From contig CM052817.1 of assembly GCA_028534125.1 (NCBI GenBank), positions 59,708,001-59,772,000 of the forward strand: 64,000 nt of DNA. The letters run 5' to 3'. Every line of letters begins with the position of its first letter. The stretch's first letter is position 1. This stretch comes from Lama glama (lineage: Eukaryota). The notes beneath the pieces were generated by a model. The model was not told the origin of the DNA. It made no database searches and was given only the letters and a program-made list of their open reading frames with translations. The translations under genes and the position numbers were made by a program. This document shows positions 1-13,270 of this stretch, piece after piece.

Positions 1-599
1 CTTGTAAAAATCTACCTACCTTTTGCCTGGGATCACCTTTATATACCAAGGATTTATGAAATGGACAGTCTTTTCAGGCCACCAGAGGTCAAGTTACACA
101 GTGGGTGCCTACCCAGCTGTATTTGCACAAGTGACAGGGCAAGTGCTACTTCATGGTGACTTTCCAAGTTTACCTAGACACACACTGTTGACAGCTTCTC
201 TTGGTAAAATACTTTTATACATCACATGGGTAAAAAAAATTGCTTTTAGAACAAAGGAAAAAATTTCACTGCAAAATCATAATTGACAATATTTCAAAGT
301 ATTTCTTTATTTCACAATATTAGCAAATGCTGTCTGAGATTGCATGTGGAGAAATGTGAACCTTAAGGAGCTATTTCTAAGAAGTAATTTGGCTAATGCT
401 GAGTGCTAGATAAGAGTCTAATGTGGGAACCATACAAAATTATCCTCACATCTGCTACAAACAGATAAACACTTAGAATCAAGGTTCATTGTTAGACTCC
501 TATGGATAAAGGAATATTTTGATATTTCTTTTAAAATTTATGTGACAGTTTGAAGGATATCAAAATCATTGGTTGTACCTTGTCAGGTAGTATTTTTAT

Positions 600-750
600 T
601 TTTATTGAGTAATAACAAACACTTATTGACTACTTCATTTATTTAACTGATATTATTGTGTGTCTATAGCACTGTGCGGACACTTAGAATTAAAAAACAA
701 ACAAATTAGACCAAGTCACGTCCCTCAGGGGCCTACATTCTAGTTTTGGG
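600..750 (-). mobile_element. L2 LINE 3' end fragment, very degraded
   Basis: 'cacttattgact...agcactgtgc...gtccctcaggggcctacattctagt' resembles the reverse-complemented L2 3' end. Confidence 0.55.
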
Positions 751-1434
751 GAGAAAAACAACAGAATAAAAATATTTTTAAAAAATGAGTTAAAGTAATT
801 ATCATCAAGAGACTTAAAGTTAGGATAAAAAGAACTTAAAATGTTAAATAAAATGCAAGAGTTAAATAATATATGGACATGTAAAAATTAAATAAAACTC
901 CCCAGAGAACATAGATTTAAATGTTATATAAGTTTAAAAAATGAAGCTATGAATTGAGAGGGTGTGATCACTTTAGCTTAATGGTTTATTGAAGGAAGTG
1001 GGACATAAGGTTGAAAAAGCCATATATTTAGTGATGTCAGTTATCTCATCAACGGCTCATTTGAGTTAAAATGTTTAGAAGCAACAGTCTTATATTAGCA
1101 CACTAGAATTTTCTGATGAATTTACTCATAATCAATAAACATCTATAGAAGGGTCTTCTTGAAAGGGAATTCATTGAACAAAATCTGATAAATCAATTAA
1201 GATTCAAGTGTGAGTGTTCATTCATAGATTTCTTTTGCAAACAATTTTGGTGGAAGGAGTTTTCAGTAACATGATGACGTATATTGATTGTTACTGTAAA
1301 AGAAAAGCGTACAAATTTTCAGGCAATCTGTTCATTGAAAGATGTTTTAAAATACTTGAAAATTGGCAACTGCTTCTCAGTATCCTAATGCTATATTCTC
1401 TTGTTCCTAAGCTATGTTCTGGAAATGAGTTGAC

Positions 1435-1555
1435 TGTGTATAGAAAGGCAAGGATCTTTGTCCCTTGTGTTCACTATGTATCCCATGGTTGAAGTAATGG
1501 ACAAACATGGCATGACATTATAGTCATTCAGTAAATATATTTGTTAAATGAGTAG
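1435..1555 (+). mobile_element. L2 LINE 3' terminus fragment
   Basis: 'aggcaaggatctttgtc...tgttcactatgtatccc...tcagtaaatatatttgttaaatga' is a typical L2 tail. Confidence 0.55.
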
Positions 1556-2256
1556 AAGGTGTAATATAAACTAAAGAAAGCCTATTTTATATATTTCCTT
1601 CTAGTATTTCAAGAATAAATTTAATTTATTATAATTGTTTATTTTTATTTATTGCATTCTCAAATTTATCTTTCCTCTGCTTATTTACTGTGCTTTTTAT
1701 TTAAAATATTTTTTATAAAACTTTGATTGTGGTTTTCTGTAAGTTTTCTGTACAGGGAGTGATTTTGCCAACTGGAAAAGAAAGGCTCAGACTAATCTAC
1801 CTCAGCATGTTTGCATTTGTAGACTAGTTTAATATTATCATTGTTATTGTATGCATGTGTATAAATACTGTATATACACACAACACACATTGTAAATATT
1901 ATCTATCAACTGTATTATACAACACCTATCATATAATCATATGATAATCTAAGGTATTTTTTGAAAAACTTCCAAATGAAGCCAGGCCAGCTAGCTAATT
2001 TATTTGAGACACTAAATTTTTTATAGGAATGCCATCTGAATTTCTTTATGCACACTGACACCCCTGCCTCAGTATGAGAAAATAAAGTGTTTTGTGCCCA
2101 GCATATTTAAAGAAAAATATTTGGAGTGTGAAATTAATTGTGGACCACTGTGAAAGAAATTACATATTCTCAACTGCTTTTATTCCCTGTTGCTTTAACC
2201 TATCTTTAATGATTATTTTCCCTTGATTACTTAACATTTTTAAGATTATTGGCTTC

Positions 2257-2430
2257 TGTTCAAGTTATCTCTTGCTGTAAAACTTCTTCTACGAACTTAG
2301 TGACTCAAAACAAAAACAACACTTATTTTGCTTATGAATCTGTGATTTGGGCATGGGTTGTCAGGGACAGTTTGTCTCTGTTCGACTCAGTGTCACCTAG
2401 GACAGCTCAAAGACTGGAGTCTAGAATCTT
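2257..2430. mobile_element. MaLR (MLT1-type) LTR fragment
   Basis: 'agttatctcttgctgtaa...acttagtgactcaaaaca...tatgaatctgtgatttgggca...ggacagctcaaagactgga' follows the MLT1 LTR pattern. Confidence 0.65.
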
Positions 2431-2439
2431 CATTTCCCC

Positions 2440-2870
2440 TACCTTATTAGTTACTAATTGACATATAAAATGGCATGTATTTAAAGTGTACTATATGATG
2501 ATTTGATATATATATGCATTGTGAAATAATGATCACAATCAGATTAATTAACACCTACATCACCTCACATTGTTAACTTTTCTTTTTCATGGTGAGAATA
2601 CTCAAGTTCTACTCTTCTACTATTATAAGCATACAGTGTGGTATTAATTATAGTCATCTTGCTGTAAATTAGATACCCAGAGCTTTTTCATCTTTTTAAC
2701 TTAAGGCTTCTATCCATTGACCAGCATCTCCCTGTTTTCTCCATTCTCCAACCCCTTGTAACTGCCATTCTACTCTCTGTTTTTGTGGGTTTGACTCTGT
2801 TTTTTTCTTTAAGATTTACATATAAGGAAGATCATGCAGTATTTGTCTTTCTCTGTCTAGCTTATTTTGT
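2440..2870 (-). mobile_element. L1 3' UTR fragment (L1MA-type)
   Basis: 'taattgacatataaaatggcatgtatttaaagtgtac...ggtgagaatactcaag...atcatgcagtatttgtctttctctgtctagcttattt' is the reverse complement of an L1MA 3' end. Confidence 0.8.
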
Positions 2871-5800
2871 TGTTATAAGGTATTCACCCTACCTGTGAGG
2901 TAGTATAGTGTTATTTGAAAGTGGACTTGGATTAAATGTAAATGTGTATTGCACACTTAAGGACAGCCACTAAAAAAGTGAAAAAAAAATGAATGCTATC
3001 CTAAGAAAGGAGAGAAAAAAGAATCGTGTAAAATATTCAAAACCATGACAGGAAAAGAGTGAAAGACAAAAATAGGAATAAATAACAAGAGCAATAAATA
3101 GAAAAATGTAATGGATATGGTAGATATTAATCTAACTATATCAATAATATTTTGAACATCAATTATCTAAATAAGCCAATTAAAAGACATTGTCAGATTG
3201 GATGAAAAAACAAGAACCATATATGTTGTCTAAAGCAACCTAGTTTAAATATAAAGGTGCATAGATAGAGGAAGAATATATGAATGGAGAAAAATGTACC
3301 ATGCTATGGCTAATCAAATGAAAGCAGGGGTAGATATATTAATTTCAGATAGAACTGACTTCAGTGCAAGGAGAATTACCGGGGATAAAAAGAGAATATA
3401 ATCATAGATGGGTCAAATGTCAAAGAAGATGTAACAATCCTCAATGTGTATAAATCTCACAACAGAGTATCAAACTGTGTGAGGCAAATCCTAATAGAAT
3501 TGCATTGAGAAATAGATAAATCCACTATTATAGTTGGAGAATTCTCAGAAATGGAGAACTCCAGCATGTGGAAAATCAGTGAGGAAAATAGTTGAACTCA
3601 TCAACATGGTAAATCAACTGGATATAATTCACATCTATAGATTGCTTCACCCAAAAACAGCCAAACAAACATCTTTTCTCAGGTTAACATGGAATATTTA
3701 CCAAGATAGACAGCATTCTGGGCCACAAAACACCCCTTAACACATTTACAAGAGTAAAAATTATATAATGTCTGCTCTCAGACCACAGTGGAATTAAATT
3801 AGAAACCAGTGACACAATCAAAACTGGAAAACCTCCAAATACATGGAGACTCAGCAGCACACTTCTAAATAACATGTAAGTCAAAGAAGAAATCTCAAGA
3901 AATTTAAAAATATTTTAAACTAAATGAAAATGAAAACATAGCTTATCAAAATTTGTGTGATATAGCTAAAGCAATACAAGAGGGAAATCCATAGCATTAA
4001 ATGCATATATTAGGAAAGAAAAAAGATTTAAAATCAATCATCTACGTTTCTGCCTCAGGAAATTTAGAAAAAGAAGAGCAAATTAAATCCAAAGTAAGCA
4101 TAGAAAATAAATCACAAGAATTAGAGCAGAAATCAATGAAATTGAAAATAGGAAATTAATAGAGAAAAATCAATGATAACAAAAGTAAGCTTTTGAAAAG
4201 ATCAGTAAAATTGATATGTTTCTTGACAGGCTAAGAAGAAAGAAGAGAAGCTATAAATTATTAATATCACATATAAAAGAAGAGACATCATTATGGATCC
4301 CATGGACATTGAAAGAATGAAAAAGGAATACTATGTATAACTCTATGTTCACAATTTGATAACCAAAATGAAATGAACCAATTCCTTGAAGGACACAATT
4401 TTCCACAACTCACACTAGTAATAGGTGATCTGAATAAGGCTATATCTATTAAAGACATTGAATCAATAATAAATAACCTTCCAAAACAGCACCGGGACCA
4501 GGTGGGTTCATTGGCAAGTTTTACCAAACATTTAAGGAAGGAATTAGACCAATTCTGTACAATCCCTTTCAGAGTATAGGAGCAGAGGGAATATTTACTC
4601 ATTCTATGATGCCAGCATCACTCTAATACTAAAACCAGGCAGATGTTACGAGAAAACTACAGACCAGTATTTCTTGTGAAAATGAATGCAAAAATCCTCA
4701 ATAAAATTGAGCAAATTGAATCCTACAATGTATAAAAAGAATTATATACCACAACTGAGTGGGCTTTATCCAAGTTTTCCAAGTCTGAGTCAACATTCAA
4801 AAATCAATTAATGTAATCCATCAAAATAATAGGTAAAAAAAATTTAAGAACATATTAATAGACTCAGAAGACATATTTGGCAGTGTTCAACACATGCATG
4901 ATGAAAAATCTCAATAAACTAGGAACATAAGGGAATGTCCTCAGTCTCAAAGATTATCTACAAAAAACCTATAGCTAATTTCATATGCAATGATGAGAAA
5001 CTTAAAGCTTTCCCACTTTAAGATTAGGTAGAAGGTAAGGAGATCTCCCATAACTACTTTTCAAACATCCTACATGAAGCTCTAGCTAATGCAGTAAGAC
5101 AAGAAAAGAAAATAAAAGTCATAGTTTGTGGAGGAAGAAATAAAATTATTTTTGTTTACAGAAGACATGGTCATCTAGATCCATGTAGAAAATCCAAAAT
5201 AATTGACAAAAAATCCTGAAACTAAAAAACTGATTATAGCAAGGTTGCAGGTACAAGGTTAACTTATAAAAGTCAATCACTTTCCTATATACCAGCAGTG
5301 AACAAGGAGAATCTGAAATTAATAGCACAATATTATTAACATTTTAACATTAGCACCCCCTAAAATGAAATACTTACATATAAGTCTAGCAAAATATGCA
5401 GACCATCTGTGTTCTACAAGAAAACTATAAAACTCTCGAAAGAAATAAAAAATAACTAAGTGAATGGAGAGAGCTATTCCATGCTGATGGATATGAAGAA
5501 TCAATATTGTCAAGATGTCATTTCTTTCCAACTTGATATATAGATTCAATGCAATTCCAATCAGAATCTCAGCAGGTTATTTTATGATACTGATAAACTG
5601 GTTCTAAAATTTATATGGAGAGACCTAAGGCTTAGAATAGCCAACACAGGGAGAAGACCAAAATTGGAGGACTGACACTACTTGACTTTAAGTCTTTCTA
5701 TAAAGCTACTGTGATCAAGACAGAGTGGTATTGGCAAAGTAATAGACACATAGATCAGTAGAACAGAATAGAGAGCCCAGAAATAGACCCCCACAAATAT

Positions 5801-6427
5801 AGTCTACTAATCTTTGACAGAGGAGCAAAGGAAACATAATGAAGCAATGGTACTCATTTCAGCAAATGGTGCTGGAACAACTAGATTTTCATGTGCCAAA
5901 AAAAAAAAAAAAAGAATCTAGACACAGACCTTATATTCTTCAAAAAACTTAATTCACAGTGGGTTATAGATCAAAGTGTAAAATGCAGAACTATAAAATT
6001 CTCAGTAGAGTTTTATACATACAGAAAAAAAGCTAGACGATTTTGGGTATGGTGATAATTTTTTGGATGCAACACCAAAGACACAGTCCATGAAAGAAAT
6101 AGTTGTTAAGCTAGGATTCATTATAATTAAAATCTGCTTTGTGAAAGACAGGAACAAGAAATATTATGAAATATGTAATATTATAATGATGGAATTTTTT
6201 TCCCCCAAACCCACAGAAAGTAAAACACCAAGAGTGAACCCTCTGAACTTTGGGTAATATGTTGTATCAGTGTAGGTTCATCCTTAGTAAAACATGTGAC
6301 ATTTTAGTGTGTGATGTGGTAATGGGGGAGGCTTTGCATGTTTAGGGGCAGAAGAATAGGGGGAATCTCTGTACCTTCCTTGTAGTTTTGTTATAAACCT
6401 TAATCTCTAAAAAATCTCTTTAAAAAA
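2870..6427 (+). mobile_element. Old L1 (L1MC-type): inter-ORF region, decayed ORF2 (endonuclease and RT), 3' UTR
   Basis: ORF remnants 3534-3740 (INMVNQLDIIHIYRLLHPKTA) and 4373-4579 (MNQFLEGHNFPQLT...DIESIINNLPK) resemble L1 ORF2. Many stops and frameshifts. 3' UTR motif 'ccaaacccacagaa...aacaccaagagtgaaccct' and an A-rich end near 6410-6427. Confidence 0.9.
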
Positions 6428-6478
6428 TGAATGAAAATTTCATTGATGTTTTGGACCCATTTTTATTCTTTTCTTCAG

Positions 6479-6580
6479 CTTAGGGAGGAACTCAACTTCC
6501 CTGAGAAAAATAGCTTTGAATTCTTCAACAAATATGGACTCTTAGCAAGGAATAAGAGAGAATGGCTGATGAGAAGGAAT
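6479..6580 (+). other. Candidate internal exon, 102 nt, phase 0-0 open (LREELNFPEKNSFEFFNKYGLLARNKREWLMRRN)
   Basis: Acceptor 'ttttattcttttcttcag|', donor 'AAT|gtgagt'. Peptide not recognised. Confidence 0.25.
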
Positions 6581-6724
6581 GTGAGTGTCTGCCCTATTAA
6601 CATGACTGAAGTCACATGATATTTAAATAAATATTTCAATGTATTTTTCTCTTTTCACTTAAAATTTTTTAGTTTAAATTGGGGAAATATCTTGCCCTAA
6701 TGTGTGTAATAATGGCATTTTCTT

Positions 6725-7510
6725 CCTTTCCAGTTTTATTAATATATAGACAGGTAAAAATTGTTATGTTTGAGTACAATCTGATATTTCAGTATGTATA
6801 TACACTGAATCACCACAATCAAAGTAATTACATATCTATCATCTCACATAGTTAACAGTTTTTGTGTTATATGGTGAGAACTCTAAGTAGATTTCAAGTA
6901 TACAATGCAGTGTTGTTAACTATAGTCACACTGCTGAACATTAGATCTTCAGAACTTATTTATCTTGCATAAGTGAAACTTCGTACCATTTGACCAACAT
7001 CTCCCCACTTCCCCCAATCCTTTAATCCCTGGCAACCACCATTCAATTCTCTGCTTTTATGAGTTTGACTTTCAATTTCTGCATACAAATGTGTCAGGCA
7101 GTACTTGTCTTTTTGTGTCTGGCATATTTTACTCAGCATAAAGTCCTGTCCATGAAAATTACAAATGGCAGGTTTTTTCTTTTCAAAGGCTGAATAATAT
7201 TCCACTGCATGTGTGAGTGTGGTGTATCAGTTGCATAATTCTTTATCCATTCATCTGTCAGTGGACACTTAGATTGTTACCACATTCTTGGCTATTGTGA
7301 ATAATGCTACAATTAACATGGGATTGTTGATACCTCTTTAAGATACTGTTTCATTTCTTTTTGATATATGACCCAAAGTGGGATTGCTGGATCATATGGT
7401 AAGTCTCTTAAAAAATTTTTGAGGATCCTCTATACTTTCTTTTGTAGTGGCTACACTATTTTACACTCCCAACAATAAAAAAGGAAAGAAGTTCCCAATA
7501 CTTATCTTTT
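6725..7510 (-). mobile_element. L1 3' end (L1MA-type), 5' truncated
   Basis: Minus-strand ORF 6960-7205 (MEYYSAFEKKKPAIC...QTQKDKYC) matches the L1 ORF2 C-terminus. Typical 'ttggctattgtgaataatgct' motif. Confidence 0.88.
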
Positions 7511-8329
7511 TACAAATATTTTTTGTCTTAAGTAATATTATATTGATGTCTTTTTTTTTTTGTAAGTTGAAGGAAGAAGTTCTAAGAATGAAGTATATTC
7601 ATACTGCTATTTTTATCCATTAAAAATAGCGACATGTTTTAAGCATATTTAATCACCAATCTTTTAATATACAAATGAAAATGGGACCAAATTATAAAAT
7701 ATAACATTAGTAATTTACCACATAGTTGGCTACTCTTACTAGAGAAGTCAGAATTTGGGTAAAAGTGTCACGTGAAGAAACAACATCTTCATTTCAGTAG
7801 CCACTACTGAATGGGGAACTACTTCATTTTTAGTGCTAATTTATCATCTCTTACCTATGAGAGCCAACAGGGCTCCTCACTGGTTTTTCCTCCTTAAGTT
7901 GTAATATCATTATTAGGAGTCTTTACCTTATTAATTTTAATCCTTCTAAGATTAAGTCAAAGACATAGAAGTCTAATTTCCATTGGTTTATCCCCTTTAT
8001 CTTGTGTAGAGAGACAAGTCTGAGAAAACAAAATTATCTTCTCTTATGACTAACAAACCTTATGAAGTTATATATGGCTCTTGGCACAATTTGAACTCAT
8101 ATTTATTTTCTGAATTTTAAATAAAATATCAGGGAGAAAATCAATAGTATTTTGATTGATTTTCAGCTAATCATTTGTACTCTTCTCATTCCATGGGAAT
8201 AATAATCACATAGAGAATTTAAGAAATTTCCTATACTGTTAAAAAAAAATTCTTGCCAAGTTAAAAGAATTATCTTCTTTTGTGTAAATGTTTTCTTTTC
8301 TTACAATGATTTAATGCGTTTTATTTCAA

Positions 8330-8789
8330 AATATTTTAGTTGCAAGTGATGTGTGTGTGTCTCTATATCTATCTATCTATAGAAGTGTAACCATAAATAT
8401 ATGATTATAATGATACAGTACACTTTCTAGAACCAAAGGATCAAAGCACTGCTGAACCCTGGAAAAACCTGAGCAGCCCCAGGCAGAACCCAGGAAATCT
8501 GCTTGCTAGATCCCTTCCTTTACTTCCCCGTGGCTGGCTCCTTCACTCTTTTCTCTTATTCCTGACAAACTTTTCTGCTTTCCAGCTTATAAAGCGGCAG
8601 AGATGGCCACTGCTAACAGCTTTAACTTTACTTCCATCTACTCCATTCCAGAGAGCTGGGAAGTTGAGATTAGAATCTCTCATATCCAATTTTAGGTTTC
8701 TGAGGAAGGACTGATTTGCCAATCTGTATCTGTTTTTTCAGCCCTGAACCAAAGAATTGTGGCCAAGGAATGAGTTCATTTTAAATAAG
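8330..8789. mobile_element. Old MaLR (MLT1J/K/L-like) LTR fragment, interrupted by MER44
   Basis: 'ttttagttgcaagtga...agatggccactgctaacagc...ggaaggactgatttgcc...ccctgaaccaaagaattgtggccaagg'. Confidence 0.55.
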
Positions 8790-8791
8790 TA

Positions 8792-9271
8792 CAGGAATCC
8801 TCCCTTATCTGCAGTTTTGCTTTTTGTGGTTTAAGTTACCTGCTGTCAACCATGGTCCAAAAATATTAAATGGAAAATTCCAGAAATAAACAATTATTAA
8901 GTTTTATATTAAATACCTGTCTGACTGATGAAATCTCACATACTCCTGCTCCATCCCTCCTGGAACATGAATCATGGCAGCATATCCTGCCATTAATCAC
9001 TTAGTAGCTATCTTGTTTATCAGATTGAAGTACCACAGTGCTTGTGTTCAGGTAACCCTTATTTTACCTAATAATGGTCCCAAAGAATAAGAGTAGTGAT
9101 GCTCGCATTTTGGATATTTTCTTACTGTGCCTAATTTATAAATTAAATTTTATCATAGATATATATTTGTAGGAAAAAAAAAGTCTGTATAGGGTTTGGC
9201 ACTATCCTTGGTTTCAGGTACCCACTGATGGTCTTGGAACATATGCCCCATGAATAAGAGAGGGATTACTG
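8792..9271 (+). mobile_element. MER44 / Tigger7-family MITE
   Basis: TA|cagGAatcctcccttatc ... ataagagagggattactg|TA shows degenerate TIRs and a TA target duplication. Internal 'aatattaaatggaaaattccagaaataaacaatt'. Confidence 0.88.
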
Positions 9272-10932
9272 TATGTGACCAGACATAATATTCAAGCATC
9301 AGATGGGTCAGTATCTAAAGATGTTTATTCCCTGATAATAGACTGTGTGTGTGAGGGTATGAATCAGTGTGTTGTGTGTGTGTGTGCAAGTGTGCTTCCA
9401 TGTTGTGGTATGACATTGGTGGTTTTGTGTGCATTAAATAAAATAAACAATAAGCATCCACTTCATAAAGTTAGCCTATGACTAGTCTATGTGTTTAAGA
9501 TGAGCCCTTTTTCTTCTTTGGTAGTTTAATAAAGTGCAGAAATGTATTGGTTAAATTCGATTTAAAAAGCCGTCTATACTTAAGAGTACGCTGACAGAAC
9601 CATTAATTTCAAATTAATACAAACCTCTATTTTAGATAGAGGATTATATTCTGTATTTGCCAGCAATTCAAAATATTGTGATTTATAATACTATTGAGAT
9701 TTGGAAACATTTATATTATACGAGATGCTTAGAAATCACATTAGATGAAACTTTAGGGTAATAACCTATAGAATAGCAAAATTGAGAGACAGTGGTTATA
9801 AATAAGAGGTTGAAGCTTATAATGTTTTCCTGTCATTTGCGATGATTTATGAGAAACTCATTTCATATGTTAGTCCAAATAAAAAAAATTAATTGCCATT
9901 TATTGGATAAATTAATCATCAGAAAATAGTAACAGCTCTTTAATAAAAGTGAAAGCAACAGACCAGTTCTTTTATGCAAATGCTTCTAGTTATTGAAATC
10001 TCAAAGTTATAGAATTTTGTTTTTTATATAAATCATTTTTAGGGTCTAATAATTTTCAAATTATTTCCTTACCAGAGTTGCAAATTAGTTTTCATTTCAA
10101 AGGAAGGAAATTATATAATAACAGAAGCATTCAGTATTAAGGAACAGATTAGAACTCAGGGTACCTGAGGCATAATTTTGAACTTACTCAAATTATCTTT
10201 CAGAAAGTATCAATACTTAGTTCCCACTTTCTCATAACCAAATTAGTGTTTACACTTACTGAACTAGGTATAAATAAAAGGGAGAAGCTTGTAGGAATAC
10301 AAAGAATGATTATGGCAGTTCATTCATATACATTGTAGAGGATCTATACTAATTAGAGAAGCATATTTTAAGAAAATTTCAGAGATTAAGACATGGTTTA
10401 TGAGACATTTTATCCAAACACATAATGTTCCAAGGCACTAAGTAAGGCAGAGTTCACAGCTAAATGTTACCCAATAGAAATTAAGTAAACAAACTGTAAT
10501 TAGAGTAGAAAGAAATTCAGTAACATAGGTTATAAAGAAAGAGATCAAAGATACTAATTACAATGTTAATTGGAGTCTTTGTTGGCCTTAAATTGGTAGA
10601 TCTAGGAGAATGCTCAGAAAATATTCTTTGTGTTGATTGAACATTTGGGAAACTACCAATACAAAGTGCTTTTTTTTAAGGTTCAAAATTAATTGTAATG
10701 AAAAAATGAATAGGTTTTATTAATAACCACAAATAGCTAACTGTATTATATAGTAAGGTTCCTGAGACAGGCATGTGATTACCCTTGGCTTTTCAGAGTA
10801 CAAGTCAGGCTTTAATCTAAAGTAGATTTCAGGAAAAAAAATCATGTAAAACAGTTATTTGATAATCTAGACCATGGAAAATAATACAATTATTCATTTA
10901 TAAGGGATAAGGTAGTTGTTAAATTTTCCAAG

Positions 10933-11025
10933 CAGAAGGCACTAAAAAAGAGGGAGTCTAACTTCATGATAGCACAAAAAGTAAACTGGCCAGGTGAAAG
11001 AGTACGTACACGACCAGTTGCCAAG
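10933..11025 (+). other. Candidate internal exon, 93 or 90 nt, phase 0-0 open ((Q)KALKKRESNFMIAQKVNWPGERVRTRPVAK)
   Basis: Weak tandem acceptor 'aaattttccaag|cag|', donor 'AAG|gtaata'. Only one frame is open. Two CpGs retained. Confidence 0.15.
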
Positions 11026-11419
11026 GTAATAATACCAATCCTTTCATAGATATCAATCCATTATTAACCTGTGACATGTATGTAGATATATATATACACA
11101 TATACACAGGGAAATTGACCTAAAATATAATATGATATAAATGTCAATAAAAAGAAGATTGATATTTTTACATATTTCAAATTTTTGTTTAAATTATATT
11201 TTAAAGTGAGATTAAAATATTTTTGTAAGAAATGAAAGTAAAATATAAATAGAGAAAGAATAAATTTCAGGACCTTATTTTGGGAAATTTATAATGTATA
11301 TTAAAGATTTTAATTAGGGATATACCTTTTTAAAAAAGAAATAGTATTTTAATATCTAATCACTTTGCTGTTAAGTATATAATTAGGGATATTGAGGGTA
11401 ATCTAAGAGGAAAACATTT

Positions 11420-11625
11420 TAAAATCTTTTAATGTAAAATAAAGCATAGATGATGAAACCAAACATGCAAAAATGTACAGTTTAAGAACTTACTGTAAGG
11501 TAAACATTTTTGTAACCATAGCAAGATCAAGAAATAGAACTTTACTGGTCATCCTAGAAGGCCCTCCATCTACTTCCATCCTAATCACAAATTGTTTCCT
11601 GTCCTCAAAAGTAACATTCTCCCTC
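11420..11625 (-). mobile_element. L1ME-type 3' end fragment
   Basis: 'aaatgtacagtttaagaacttactgtaaggtaaacatttttgtaacca...agatcaagaaatagaac...cctagaaggccctcc'. Confidence 0.6.
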
Positions 11626-11779
11626 TATTTCTTTATGTCTGTTATACTCAATTTATGGAGGCAAATAGTCATTACATTACCACAGTCCATTATAATTTCC
11701 ATTTTGCCTTATTTCGTTGGTCAGTGCTCACTACCTGTCCTTTTCTGTGAGTCTTGCTAGTCATTTTGGTTGACTGAAT

Positions 11780-12320
11780 GCCAGTTTTGTTGAATGTAAA
11801 ATTCATTTTTTGAGTATCATACATTTGCTACCTCATTTTTGCTTAGTATACAGCTTTAGTGCTGAAAGTCTACTCATACTCTAATTTACTTTCCCTTGCT
11901 GTTTTTCCCCTTAAATCTTGCTCTTTAATCCCCCGAATACCCAAAGGATATTTTGTTATTCTCTAATAGAGTAATCTCTCACTTTTTAAAAAAGGATTCT
12001 AACTTTCTGTGATCTTTCAGGAACATGGTGTGCTCTTCAATTTTTAGTTTTACATTTTTTTTAATTTCAGGAAAATTTCCTTAAATTAGAATTTAAAAAT
12101 TATTTTCTGGTCCTTTGCTTTCGTTTTAGTCTTTGGGGTCTCCTCATGTAGGTGCACGAAATCTTTTTGCCTGCCTTCCATATATATCAGTTTGTCTTCA
12201 GTCCTTTTTAAGTTTTATATCTTTTTTAGTTTTTAAAGTTGCCTTCCTTTTCCCTCTTCTATTTTTCTTAAGGCATATTCTATTGTGTCTCATCTTCTTT
12301 CTGAGTCTTTGTTTTAAAAT
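11780..12320 (-). mobile_element. HAL1 / old L1 ORF1 fragment
   Basis: T-rich ORF1 antisense pattern 'gctgaaagtct...ttcaggaacatggtgtgctcttcaa...ttcaggaaaatttcctt'. Confidence 0.55.
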
Positions 12321-13270
12321 TATTTTTATTTTTATTCTATTATGACAAAATATACTTCACATAAAATATGTCATTTTGTCCATTTTTAATAAATGTACAG
12401 GTTAGTGGCATTAAGTACACTCACAATGTTGTGCAAACATCACCACTACTACTTTCCAAACCTTTTCCATCACTCTAAACAGAAACTTTTTACTCATTAA
12501 GCAATAACTCCCCAATCCCCCTCCCCCCAGCTCCTGATAACTTCTAATCTACTTTGTGTATCTAGATATTTGCCTATTCTAGGTATTTCATATAAGTGGA
12601 ATTATACAATATTTGACCTTTTGTGCCTGACTTATTTCACTTAGCATTATGTTTTCTAGGTACAACTATGTTGTAGGATGTGTCAGAATTTCCTTTAGAA
12701 CTCTGTTCTTTTTTATGGCTGAATGATATCCTCACTGTAGGTGTATATCACATTTTGTTTATTAGTTCATCTGTTGATGGGCCCTAGAGCTGTTTTTGCT
12801 TTTTGGCTGTTGCGAACAATGTTGCAGTGAGTATTGGTGTGCAAGTGTTCGTCTGAGTCCCTTTTTTCATTCATTTAGAGTATATACCTGTGAGTGGAAT
12901 TGCTGGATCAGATGGTTAATTACAGGTTTAGCATTTTAAGGAATTGTTAAACTGTTTTTCACAGTGGCTGACCCTCTTTACATTCCCATCAGCTAATATG
13001 AAGGGTCCAGTTTTTCCACACCCTCACCAACACCTTTTATATTCCTTTTTTTTTTCTTTATAAACATTCAGATAGATGTGAAGTGGTATCTTATTTTGGT
13101 TTTAATTTTCATTTCTCTAATAACTGATGACATTGAACATCTGTCATTTGCTTATTGGCCATCTTTATGTTCCTTGGTGAAATGTCTATTCAAGCGCTTT
13201 GCCCATTTTAAAATGGGTTGTCTCTGTTGAGTTGTAGGAGTTTTTTATATATTCTGGATATTGAATTCTT
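12320..13270 (-). mobile_element. L1MB-type 3' UTR and ORF2 C-terminus
   Basis: 'gtacaggttagtggcattaagtacactcacaatgttgtgcaaacatcaccact', 'gtggaattgctggatca', 'aaatgtctattcaag'. Confidence 0.9.

Noticed and set aside
7606..7630. 10-bp stem hairpin (similar ones at 32640-32665 and 44284-44303)
   Set aside because: Short and AT-rich; within chance expectation.
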